Notes: a model not told the origin generated them from the sequence alone. A DNA stretch of 52,068 nucleotides from an uncultured Candidatus Saccharibacteria bacterium (GCA_964436175.1 CAYTBX010000003.1:1-52068); one strand, 5' to 3'; shown: positions 9,908-18,588, counted from the first letter of the stretch. Numbers and translations: made by a program.

Positions 9908-10471
9908 TTATTCCGCCTGATAGTAGGTATCGGCAACCACGGTATACATAAAGCTGTCGCCTTTGCCGCTTGACTCGACTTTAATACTCACTATGTCCAT
10001 CGCGCGGATGTTCGTCTCTAAGCCCCTAATGAATTCCTTAAAGGGCGCGTAGCTGCCCGCGAGGCGAAGCGAAAGCCGGAGCGTACCAAGAGGTTTTACG
10101 AGCGGCTTTTCAGAAGGCTTCGTAGAAAGCGGCTGGACGTTGAATACCTGCACGCTGAGTCCGTTCGACCCCGCTATCGCCTGCAACTGGTTGAATACGG
10201 AAGATACTTCCTCGCTCGCGGGCAAGGACATGGAGATAACGTCCTGCAAGCGGCCCGCGCCTTGGTATTGCTTGATGAGTGCTTCCACCTTATCTACCGC
10301 CTGCTTTTTATCTTCAAATAAATTTTGCTTGGCTATCAACGTGCCGCGGAGTTTCGCGACTTCGTCGTACGCAGGGCGGAAGTACGCGGCGTACGCAGCA
10401 AGCGAGGCGACTAAAAGCGCCGTGCCGGCAAAGAGGCTCATCGCGCGTTTTCCGGAGGGTCGTAGTGCCAT
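9908..10471 (-). CDS. pilO: PilO-like pilus assembly protein
   Basis: N-terminal TM helix, coiled-coil segment, then an alpha/beta domain. Conserved position after pilM and pilN. Confidence 0.6.
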   Translation of the reverse strand: MALRPSGKRAMSLFAGTALLVASLAAYAAYFRPAYDEVAKLRGTLIAKQNLFEDKKQAVDKVEALIKQYQGAGRLQDVISMSLPASEEVSSVFNQLQAIAGSNGLSVQVFNVQPLSTKPSEKPLVKPLGTLRLSLRLAGSYAPFKEFIRGLETNIRAMDIVSIKVESSGKGDSFMYTVVADTYYQAE

Positions 10472-10474
10472 ATG

Positions 10475-11011
10475 TTATTTAAAAATCCCCTCGCGCATGG
10501 TGACCGTTACGCGGAATTTAACTTTACCCTCAAGCGCGTTAGAGTCGTTGACGATCACGCTTTCGACCTCCGGCGCTTCGGTGAAAGACTGTAACTGCTC
10601 GGCAAACGCCTTGTAGTTAGAGGCATTACCCTCGAGAACAATCTTCCGCTCCGGCACACGCAACTCCATCACGGCGTACGAAACTGACGCGTTCGTGCGC
10701 GACTCCAAAAGGCCGAACAAAGGCGAGGCGGTAACGTGCCCGTCGAGGAGCGTCTGTAAGTTAACGAGTTGGGAATAAAAACGGACGAATTCATCCTGCT
10801 GCTTTGCCGGTATCACCTTACCTAAATCCGTAAGTGCGGCATCCTGCCCCGTAAGGCGCGAATCAAGGAGCGGCTTGTAGCCAAAGGCGAGCCCTGCGGA
10901 GCCGACGCCGACGGTCGCGGCGATAAGGACGGAGAACATCAAAAACCGCCACGGCCAACCGACTGGCAGTTCTTCGCTCTTCATCCGTTCGTCCATCAAG
11001 GGAGATACCAT
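10475..11011 (-). CDS. pilN: PilN-like pilus assembly protein
   Basis: Single TM helix (FLMFSVLIAATVGVGSAGLAF) followed by an extracytoplasmic domain. Immediately downstream of pilM. Confidence 0.55.
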   Translation of the reverse strand: MVSPLMDERMKSEELPVGWPWRFLMFSVLIAATVGVGSAGLAFGYKPLLDSRLTGQDAALTDLGKVIPAKQQDEFVRFYSQLVNLQTLLDGHVTASPLFGLLESRTNASVSYAVMELRVPERKIVLEGNASNYKAFAEQLQSFTEAPEVESVIVNDSNALEGKVKFRVTVTMREGIFK

Positions 11012-11018
11012 TTTTTTC

Positions 11019-12092
11019 TTATACGATGCCGCGCAGGCCAGCGCCTACAGCGACGGCGAGGCTGGGGCCGAGCGGTGTAAGCGCAATCTCGGATTCCCGT
11101 GGGAACTGCACGCGGCCGAAAGGCATAGCCTTACTAACCTGCATTTCCAAACCTTTACTTGCGTATTCCGCAATGCCGGGGAGGTTCGCTCCGCCGCCTG
11201 CAATCAGCGCGTTTTTGATTGTACCGCCGTATGCGGAAACATAGCGGTCGCGCAACCGCTTAGCCTCATTAAGAATAGCATCCACGAGAGGCAGCAGCAG
11301 TGTGGATAACTCCTCTTCTGCGCCAAACCCGACGTTAACCACGCCGCGCCTGCGCTTAAGCTCCTCCGCGCGCGATTCGATCACGTGCAAGCCGGTCGCA
11401 ATAGCATGCGTAAGCGTCGCGCCGGAAAAATCCGTCTGCCCCGTAAGGTACGCCATACCGCGCGAAATAACAGAAAGCGCCGTAGACCGCGCGCCGATGT
11501 CTATCACTAAGGTTGGCGCATCGTTACTATCAGCCGGCGTACCGAATGCACGGGCAAGGGACACGCCCTCGGCTTCGAGCGCCACAAGCTCCAACCCCGC
11601 CACCTTAAAAATCATTTTATACTTCGCGACAATGTCGTTGGGTATTGCAAATACAAGAACGCGCTGGGGGCTGATACGCGTAAAATCGAGCGATACGGAG
11701 GTGATAGGGAGCGGGATATACTGCCGCGCCTTAAACTGCACCGCCTGCGCGACTTCTTTTTCCGGCATCGGCGGCAGGTCTATTACGGTAGAAAAAACGG
11801 AAAAGGACGGCAACGCCGCCACTGCGCGGACGGTGTTCGTATGCATGCGGTCTTTAAGGGTTTTCAAATACTGCCCCGCTTCCTGCTCGAAAATCTTTAA
11901 CCCGCTCGCTTGGAGCGCCGTGTTGCCGCGCGTAAGGTAGCCAAGCGTTTCGAGCATGCCGTAGTTGCCGAGGCGCGGACCTGCTTTATCGGGAATGATT
12001 TCCGCGATTTTTATGGACGTCGTGCCGATGTCCACGCCCAAGCAGGGACCTACGGGCTCGCCGAACAGCTTTTTAAAAAATCCCAGTGCCAT
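11019..12092 (-). CDS. pilM: Type IV pilus assembly ATPase-fold protein PilM (actin-like)
   Basis: Actin/FtsA-like motifs (GVDIGTTSIKIAEI, VIDIGARST, IAGGGANLPGI). Confidence 0.85.
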   Translation of the reverse strand: MALGFFKKLFGEPVGPCLGVDIGTTSIKIAEIIPDKAGPRLGNYGMLETLGYLTRGNTALQASGLKIFEQEAGQYLKTLKDRMHTNTVRAVAALPSFSVFSTVIDLPPMPEKEVAQAVQFKARQYIPLPITSVSLDFTRISPQRVLVFAIPNDIVAKYKMIFKVAGLELVALEAEGVSLARAFGTPADSNDAPTLVIDIGARSTALSVISRGMAYLTGQTDFSGATLTHAIATGLHVIESRAEELKRRRGVVNVGFGAEEELSTLLLPLVDAILNEAKRLRDRYVSAYGGTIKNALIAGGGANLPGIAEYASKGLEMQVSKAMPFGRVQFPRESEIALTPLGPSLAVAVGAGLRGIV

Positions 12093-12828
12093 GTATGCTA
12101 CTAGTATACCTTATACCGTGCTTACACGCGCCAAAAACTTATTGCTCGATATGCTCTTCCCCCGCACGTGCCTTGCATGCGCTAAAAACGTGCCTACGAA
12201 TAACGCGCATGCGGTAATTTGCGACGCGTGCATGGCCTCCGTGCCCTTATACGACGCGCTCCACTGCCCCGTGTGCATGCGGCGCATCCCCGCAGACGGC
12301 AAGCCATGCCACCCCGAGACGAAATATATATTGGCGGGTGCCACGCACTACGCGCACGCCCCTGTGCAAAAGCTCATATGGCAGATGAAGTACGAAAACT
12401 GGATGACAGCGGGCGCGCCCGTCGGCGCCTTGCTCACGAACTACCTACGCGCCTTACCGCACGACTTTACGGACTACCACGTTGTACCCGTGCCTTTGCA
12501 CAAGAACAGGGAATGGAAACGCGGCTTTAACCAAGCAGCGGTTTTAGGTGCGCACGTAAGTAACGCGTTCCACTTGCCGACGATCAGTAAGAACCTCGTA
12601 CGCGTAAAAGAGACACCCGCGCAGGCAGACCAAAAGGACTACGCGCTCCGCGAAACGAACATCCAAGGCGCGTTCCACGTAGAGCGCCCTGCAGAATTCA
12701 AAGGTAAAAATATTATATTAGTGGACGACGTAACAACATCCGGCGCCACCATCCGCGAAGCAGTCCGCGTCTTAAAAAGCGCCGGCGCGAAAAAGATAGT
12801 CGCGGCGGTTGTGGCACGAGCGCGGTAA
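12091..12828 (+). CDS. comF: ComF-family phosphoribosyltransferase-domain protein
   Basis: N-terminal Zn-finger-like CLAC...CDAC...CPVC and C-terminal PRTase motif IILVDDVTTSGAT. ATG at 12091 chosen; the longer track ORF (11965) would be antisense to the pilM 5' end. Confidence 0.75.
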   Translation: MYATSIPYTVLTRAKNLLLDMLFPRTCLACAKNVPTNNAHAVICDACMASVPLYDALHCPVCMRRIPADGKPCHPETKYILAGATHYAHAPVQKLIWQMKYENWMTAGAPVGALLTNYLRALPHDFTDYHVVPVPLHKNREWKRGFNQAAVLGAHVSNAFHLPTISKNLVRVKETPAQADQKDYALRETNIQGAFHVERPAEFKGKNIILVDDVTTSGATIREAVRVLKSAGAKKIVAAVVARAR

Positions 12829-12845
12829 TGCATATAAAAAAAGAA

Positions 12846-12865
12846 GCGGCAGATTTCTCTGCCGC
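12846..12865. terminator. Hairpin between convergent comF and the PurM-like gene
   Basis: GCGGCAGA-TTTC-TCTGCCGC, flanked by an A-run (left) and a T-rich tract (right). Confidence 0.6.
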
Positions 12866-12885
12866 GCTTTGTTGTTAGCAATCAC

Positions 12886-14010
12886 TCATGTTGCCGCAGA
12901 GATCACGAGATTGTTTTCTGGCCTAAAAACAACCTTGCGTTCACCCTGCAGAACATAGCCCAACTCATAGATAGGGAGATGTATCTTTCTTCCAAGAGCG
13001 AGAATGGATTTCACCGACCTCTGCGGCGCCAAAATGAAACAGCCAATGCCATAATTCACGTTCATCAAGAGCTCGCTGATGTGGATGCCCAACTCGTCCT
13101 GCAAAAAATAGAAAATGGGCGGAAGTGGAGCCGGCCAATTCTCGATATAGTAGGTCAGAGGAATCCTTTCTTCAAAGTCGAGTAAAGTCGCCACACCATT
13201 ATCCCTTACAGGCAGAATGGCGTGCACATCAAGGCTATGAGGAATAAACTCTTCGATAAACCCAACAATCGAGCGCGCAGGAGCAAGAATCTCCTCACCC
13301 AAAGTCCGTGTGCTCAACTTTTTTTCGCCTGGAACATGTGTCAAGAACCCATCAGCGAGCATTAAACCCCTCTGCATGAGAAACGGCACGCCGTGCCCAT
13401 CAATGCCCTGCGACGGAATCCCTAAGATTCGCGCGTCTGGATCGATGCGAATAGATTCTTGCATGAACGGTCGTGTATTGGGCCAAACAACGCCCGTAAT
13501 CGAACCACTAAAAAATGGGGTGCCGTCGCTCGGCCGATAACCAAGTGACGGTGATTGCCCGACATGAGCAACATGCACTTTTTTGCATCCAGCAAGAAAG
13601 CCTTGCGCTAACGCATGCGCACGCACTTCGTTGCTAAACCATGAGTGGTGCGGAGCGTCAGCAGTACCACTATACGCCACAGGTAGAGCGAGCTTGGCAG
13701 CGATGACATTTGCCGCCGTAATAATCAGACTTTCGCTTAATGCGGCGTAGTGCGACACGGATGAAGTGTTATGCTCCATCCAATGGGCAACATGCGCCCG
13801 CGAGTCCATGCCGCATGACAGCGATATCCATTGAGCCTCTCCCTTACCCATGAATTTAAATCTGCGCGTCAAGCTACAAAACTCACACCATGCAACATGC
13901 TTCTCGATGTACTTCGACGTACTAAAGAGTGCCTCGTCCATGATTCGCGCAAATGCTCGCATGTGCGCAGCAACACTTTCCTGTACATATTCGTTGTTCA
14001 GATTATCCAT
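12886..14010 (-). CDS. Divergent PurM/AIR-synthase-like fold protein (orphan)
   Basis: C-terminal half follows the PurM pattern (GIDGHGVPF; ILAPARSIV; WPAPLPPIFYFLQDELGIHISELLMNVNYGIGCFILAP...IYELGYVLQG). The N-terminal half aligns only loosely and lacks the DGVGTK and VND motifs. Visibly lower GC than its neighbours. Confidence 0.5.
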   Translation of the reverse strand: MDNLNNEYVQESVAAHMRAFARIMDEALFSTSKYIEKHVAWCEFCSLTRRFKFMGKGEAQWISLSCGMDSRAHVAHWMEHNTSSVSHYAALSESLIITAANVIAAKLALPVAYSGTADAPHHSWFSNEVRAHALAQGFLAGCKKVHVAHVGQSPSLGYRPSDGTPFFSGSITGVVWPNTRPFMQESIRIDPDARILGIPSQGIDGHGVPFLMQRGLMLADGFLTHVPGEKKLSTRTLGEEILAPARSIVGFIEEFIPHSLDVHAILPVRDNGVATLLDFEERIPLTYYIENWPAPLPPIFYFLQDELGIHISELLMNVNYGIGCFILAPQRSVKSILALGRKIHLPIYELGYVLQGERKVVFRPENNLVISAAT

Positions 14011-14128
14011 GACACAATTCCCCTAGAAATGAGTTGTTGCGAAGTGAGAAGAACCGCAGTATGTATACTGAAAAATAGGCTAAAAGTAAAGATTGCTACG
14101 CCGTCCGCGCGTGCTAGCATAGCAAATA

Positions 14129-15377
14129 ATGATTATCCCGAGCTTATCCGGCATACGGTTTACGACCGATGAGAATACGGCGGATATTGCCGCGCGGTAT
14201 GCCGCGGCGTTTGCGGGAGCCTACCGCGGGAAAATAGTAATAGGGCGTGATGGACGACCTTCCGGCAAGGCCATCGCGAAGACCGTTATCAAAACGCTTA
14301 CTTCGCTCGGGTGCAAAGTTACCGACCTCGGCATTGTCCCTACGCCCACGCTCACCATGGCGCTCGTAAAGCTCAAAGCCAAAGGCGGCATGATGGTGAC
14401 CGCGAGCCATAACCCCATAGAGTGGAACGGCCTTAAATTATTCGATTCTACCGGCGATTACTTAAACCATGTTCTCCGCGCCTGATTACCACATAAAACA
14501 AATCGTTAAGCTTGTTAACGCGAAGGCTATTCGCGCGCGGAAATTCAGCGTGGCGCTCGAAACGATAAACGCGAGCGCCTCGGTTACCGCCAAGCCCCTT
14601 CTAGCGGCGCTCGGCTGCACGGTAGCGGGGCTCAACGTGAAAACGAACGGCGACTTCGTCCACATGCCGGAGCCGAACCCGAAGAACCTCGCGGCATTTA
14701 CGGACTTTATTAAAAAGAAAAAAGTCGACGTCGGCTTTGCCTTAGACCCCGATGGCGACCGGCTCGTACTCGTCTCCCCCACCCATGGCGTGATATCCGA
14801 AGAATATTCCGTAGCGCTCGCCGTAGAACACGTCTTAAAGCATATCGAAAAAGGGCCGGTCGTAATTAACCAATCCACGAGCCGCATGAGCGAAGATATA
14901 GCGAAAGCGAACAAGTGCCGCGTATACCGCAGTATCGTGGGCGAGCCGAACGTCGTCGCATTAATGCGTAAGAAAAACGCCGTAATAGGCGGCGAAGGCA
15001 ACGGCGGCGTAATCTACCCGCGCCTGCACTGCGGCCGCGACGGAATGATGGGTATCGCCTTAGTACTCGACTACATGGCACGCACGGGGAAAACTCTCGA
15101 CGAGCTCGTGGCTATGATCCCCCGCTACGCGATAGCTAAAGACAAGGCAACACTCGCGGACTTCCCCGCTGCGAAAGATATTTTAATCAAGCTATTCGAC
15201 GGCGTACCCCACACGGTAACGGACGGCGTACGCTTCGCATGGCCGGACCGTTGGCTCCACGTGCGCACCTCGAACACCGAACCGATTGTCCGCCTCTTTG
15301 CCGAAAGTCCCAGCATGGCCGAAAGCGAAGCCTTAATAGCCCGCGCCAAAAAATCCCTCGCAAAGCTCGTCAAGTAA
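14129..15377 (+). pseudogene. Alpha-D-phosphohexomutase (PGM/PMM/GlmM family) interrupted by a +1 frameshift
   Basis: ORF 14129-14485 carries the active-site TASHNP. ORF 14469-15377 carries the Mg site DPDGDR and the sugar loop GEGNGG. The two parts are in different frames and overlap at 14469-14485. Confidence 0.75.
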
Positions 15378-15393
15378 TCTTTATTCTCATCCC

Positions 15394-15429
15394 ATTCTCG
15401 TTATATGCCGACCGGCATATAACGAGAAT
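15394..15429. terminator. Bidirectional hairpin between the mutase and helicase genes
   Basis: Near-perfect 17-nt arms: ATTCTCGTTATATGCCG / CGGCATATAACGAGAAT. Confidence 0.7.
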
Positions 15430-15454
15430 AAGTGGATAAGTTTTTAAAATTACT

Positions 15455-17044
15455 CTAGTTTCTCCGATTTTTTTGAGGGTGGTGGTAGAGGGGTTCGATG
15501 AGGCCGAGCTTTTCAAGGCGGGCACGGATGCCGCCCTCTTTGCGGCCTAAGAGCTTGGCGAGTTCGGGGATGGCCGCGTCGCGCTTGAAGAGATCCTTCA
15601 GTTTCTTTTCTTCTTCGTCCGTCCACCGGCGGAAGGCTTGCGGGGATTCCTTGCGGAGTTTGTCTATCGGCCGCTCTTCGAGGCCTTCCGCACTGCTATC
15701 TTCTTTCTCCCCGTCTGGGATTTCCTTACCACCCGCACTTGCTATGAAGTTGGCGTGGAGTTCTGTTATTTTCGATTTTTCCATACCGCCGAAGAGCGCG
15801 TCTGCCTCGTCTGACCCTGCACGGAAGGCGATATCTTTTTCAAATACTTCCGGGTGCACTTGGAAGGCGCGCTCATTCCAGCCGAGCAGGTGCAAGCCGC
15901 TCAGCCGCTTAACGCGCGAGAGCGCTACATACCCTTGCCCGAACTCGAACACGTCGCTTAAGTCCATTACCGCTTCGTCTAAGCTCACGCCTTGGCTCTT
16001 GTGCACCGTCATCGCCCATGCAAGGCGGAGCGGCAGTTGGGATATGCGGGCACGCTCCTTGCCATTTTCTTCTATCGCCCAATCCATCGGCTCCGGCTCT
16101 ATGCGGCGACCGTCGCGCGTTTTTATTACCGGCAAGCCGCCGGCGCCCGTAAAGTCTTGCACCGTGCCGAGCGTACCGTTTACAAAATGCTCCTGCGGGT
16201 TGTTCTTTGTGAACATCACGACAGCGCCCTTCTTTAACTTTAAAAACTGCGGTGACAGGCAGCCTTTTTGCAGGCCCGCAACCATAGCGGCCGGACCGCG
16301 CGTTACCATATTAAAAACTTTCGCCGTGCCTTCGAGCTTGGCTAAAATGGCGTCGTTGGTGCTATCAACGTCCGCGTTGTGCGAAAAAAGGCGCGGTACG
16401 GTATCTGGCACCGTCCCCCGCGCTACGCGGCGCGCCTCGATGTGCGCAGCGTGATCATCGTTAAACGTATTCTTGCGGATGGCGCCGAGCACAGACAAAA
16501 AGGCGTCGTCGTCCTGCCGGTGCTGCTCTGTTAAGTAGCACGCTACGGGCGCTGCCGCCGCCCATGCGGGCGCGTCGTACGCGAAAGATATTTTTTCGCG
16601 GTCGCGGTTTACGGGCGGCAGCTGGAAAAAGTCACCCACGAAGATTGTTTGTAGCCCGCCGAACGGCCGGTCATTACCCTTAACCGCCTTCGTCACCGCA
16701 TCCACCATGTCTATCATGTACGCGCCGAGCATAGAGACTTCGTCTATTACTAAAACTTTGGCGCGCAAGATACGCTTCGCCACGTACTCGCGCGAGGCGA
16801 TTTCCTCCACCTCGTATTTGGAAAGATGCGGACGGATACCCACGCCGCTCCACGAGTGGATCGTCATGCCGTTTATGTGCGTGGCGGCGATGCCCGTTGA
16901 GGCCGTGACGGCGGCGTCGATTTTACGCGCACGCAAATACCGCGGGTATTCGTTGATAGTGTGCGTCTTCCCCGCCCCCGGCTCGCCCGTCAAAAAAACG
17001 TTCGCGCCGGTCTTTAATATCTCAAGCGCACGCTGTTGGGTCAT
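15455..17044 (-). CDS. PIF1/RecD-like superfamily 1 DNA helicase with basic C-terminal extension
   Basis: Walker A GEPGAGKTH, VLVIDEVSM (Walker B), FVGDFFQLPPV, YVALSRV. The last ~110 aa (WTDEEEKKLKDLF...GGIRARLEKLGLI) look like a small helical DNA-binding-type module. Confidence 0.8.
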   Translation of the reverse strand: MTQQRALEILKTGANVFLTGEPGAGKTHTINEYPRYLRARKIDAAVTASTGIAATHINGMTIHSWSGVGIRPHLSKYEVEEIASREYVAKRILRAKVLVIDEVSMLGAYMIDMVDAVTKAVKGNDRPFGGLQTIFVGDFFQLPPVNRDREKISFAYDAPAWAAAAPVACYLTEQHRQDDDAFLSVLGAIRKNTFNDDHAAHIEARRVARGTVPDTVPRLFSHNADVDSTNDAILAKLEGTAKVFNMVTRGPAAMVAGLQKGCLSPQFLKLKKGAVVMFTKNNPQEHFVNGTLGTVQDFTGAGGLPVIKTRDGRRIEPEPMDWAIEENGKERARISQLPLRLAWAMTVHKSQGVSLDEAVMDLSDVFEFGQGYVALSRVKRLSGLHLLGWNERAFQVHPEVFEKDIAFRAGSDEADALFGGMEKSKITELHANFIASAGGKEIPDGEKEDSSAEGLEERPIDKLRKESPQAFRRWTDEEEKKLKDLFKRDAAIPELAKLLGRKEGGIRARLEKLGLIEPLYHHPQKNRRN

Positions 17045-17122
17045 ACGGCGTATTGTCGCATCCCGTACTCATAAATGGAAGATTTCTCTTATTGTGCGAT
17101 GAAAAATAAAAAAGCAAATAGC

Positions 17123-17131
17123 TGTGGATAA
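17123..17131 (-). promoter_or_regulatory. Perfect DnaA-box 9-mer (TTATCCACA on the minus strand)
   Basis: Plus strand reads TGTGGATAA. Part of the 12-nt AGCTGTGGATAA, which is inverted at 17430-17441. Confidence 0.5.
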
Positions 17132-17234
17132 CTTTTTATTTGCCATACGAAGCAAAAATGATAGCCTTATTGCAGGCGTTCAGGAGCTAATCCTCATGCC
17201 TTATTAAATTTTCCAAAAATTGAAAGTTAAGATG

Positions 17235-17306
17235 CGCCCCCGTAGTTCAATGGATAGAACAGTCCCCAGGTAAGGTTCAGATTCAGGTCCGATTCCTGAC
17301 GGGGGC
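17235..17306 (+). tRNA. tRNA-like element with degenerate anticodon arm (possible pseudo-tRNA)
   Basis: Perfect acceptor stem GCCCCCG/CGGGGGC, D-arm GTTC-AATGGATA-GAAC and T-arm TCAGG-TCCGATT-CCTGA. The anticodon arm GTCCC-CAGGTAA-GGTTC has only 3 of 5 pairs and lacks U33. The first 25 nt are 23/25 identical to tRNA-Arg(CCU) at 24811-24882. Confidence 0.45.
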
Positions 17307-17429
17307 ACATCTTAGCTCTCAATTACTCACCATATTAAAGACTTGTAATATAGAAAAATATTACAATTCCGTCAACTGAGCACTTATATATTTTAAGATA
17401 CCAAAGGGCTGGCAAGGAGAGCCAGCGAC

Positions 17430-17438
17430 TTATCCACA
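17430..17438 (+). promoter_or_regulatory. Perfect DnaA-box 9-mer (TTATCCACA)
   Basis: Exact consensus. Inverted partner at 17123-17131. Confidence 0.5.
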
Positions 17439-17467
17439 GCTCACTACCATCTAACGATAAAATTCTT

Positions 17468-18586
17468 TTATTTTCCTGACTTAGTCCGATTATCTTGTTT
17501 GCACAACATCTGACAATTTTGCGCAGTCGTTTTTCCACCTTCGTGCCAAGGGGCTATGTGATCAGCTTCCATTTCGGAAATATCGAATTGTTTTTTGCAA
17601 AATATACAGACACCACCCTGCCTCTCGTATGTCTCACGCTTCATCTTGTCGGTAAAAGCACGGATCGAAAGATGCTTTTCTTGCCTTGTTAAAACATAGG
17701 CATAAATACCGGACTTTTTGGTCACGTCTTCATCTTGCATCAATTCCCTAATCTCCGCTTCCAATTTCTCCGAATTAAACTTCTTATCTTTGAATTGGTT
17801 ATATAATTCACCCCACTGCACGCCGCTCATTTCTTTACGGTAGTTCGTAAATATTTTTTGCACCCACGCAATTACATCTTGGAAATACTGCCATAACTCA
17901 TCAGCATTTTTATCGTGCTGATGCTTCGACATATATTCTGCCGGCCTTTCTTCGCCATAATCACGCGCAGAAATCCAATTTAATGCCGTTTCCAAAAACT
18001 CTTGGCGGATCGGCGAGCCTTTCACATAATGCTCCCCGATACGATAAGCTGGTGCGCCGTTTTTAGAGAACCAGCGTTTGGCGTCCGTGAGCCATTCGCC
18101 AGTGTAATTAGCATTGCGCAATTCCTGTGGCGTCAAAATTTCTCCTGCTGTATTGATGATCTCAAACCACTCAAGCCGTTCCTTATCGCTTCCCTCGCAG
18201 ATATACACCTGAAGCGGATAATCCAAAATGTATTCCCGCTCCGTCTCATTCAAGCTGTGAAAATATTTTTCGTCGATACTAAAGTCGCCATTTATATATT
18301 GGCAAATCGAGAGCGTGCGCTGTTGACCGTCGATCACTTCGAAGTGATTGTCGTGCGTTTTGAGCCAATACATCGTATTAAGCGGGAAGTACGCGTCGCG
18401 ATCAGGGTAACCACGCGTAACTGTTTTAATGACTTGATTGCGTTGTTCTGGCTTGTAAACGAACTCGCGTTGGTATTTGGGGCGAATGTCGAGCGCACCA
18501 CCATATGCCACAACGCCCTCCTCTGCGCTGTCTTTATAGCCATTAAAGACATCCCGTATTTTAATTTTGTTTAATTCGATTTTCAT
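17468..18586 (-). CDS. DUF262 (ParB/GmrSD-N-like) plus C-terminal HNH nuclease protein
   Basis: DGQQRT motif of DUF262. C-terminal HNH (CIFCKK...EADHIAPWHEGGKTTAQNCQMLCKQDNRTKSGK). ATG at 18586 lies 2 nt after the methyltransferase stop; the track start at 18592 is a TTG. Confidence 0.8.
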   Translation of the reverse strand: MKIELNKIKIRDVFNGYKDSAEEGVVAYGGALDIRPKYQREFVYKPEQRNQVIKTVTRGYPDRDAYFPLNTMYWLKTHDNHFEVIDGQQRTLSICQYINGDFSIDEKYFHSLNETEREYILDYPLQVYICEGSDKERLEWFEIINTAGEILTPQELRNANYTGEWLTDAKRWFSKNGAPAYRIGEHYVKGSPIRQEFLETALNWISARDYGEERPAEYMSKHQHDKNADELWQYFQDVIAWVQKIFTNYRKEMSGVQWGELYNQFKDKKFNSEKLEAEIRELMQDEDVTKKSGIYAYVLTRQEKHLSIRAFTDKMKRETYERQGGVCIFCKKQFDISEMEADHIAPWHEGGKTTAQNCQMLCKQDNRTKSGK

Positions 18587-18588
18587 AC

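Noticed and set aside
11965-12090. Upstream extension of comF overlapping the pilM 5' end
   Set aside because: The extension is antisense to pilM coding sequence. The ATG at 12091 gives a normal ComF N-terminus leading into the CxxC motifs.
15498-16454. Long antisense ORFs opposite the helicase. The same pattern occurs at 35957-37132 opposite secA, at 44407-45261 opposite mreB and at 45498-46283 opposite proS.
   Set aside because: They are typical stop-poor shadow frames in GC-rich coding DNA. Their compositions are Ser/Arg/Pro/Ala-rich, and the opposite-strand genes have unambiguous family motifs.
17045-17057. 13-nt exact match ACGGCGTATTGTC, also found at 49700-49712, next to two start codons
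   Set aside because: Roughly 20 random 13-mer pairs are expected in a 52-kb window, so the match is not significant on its own.
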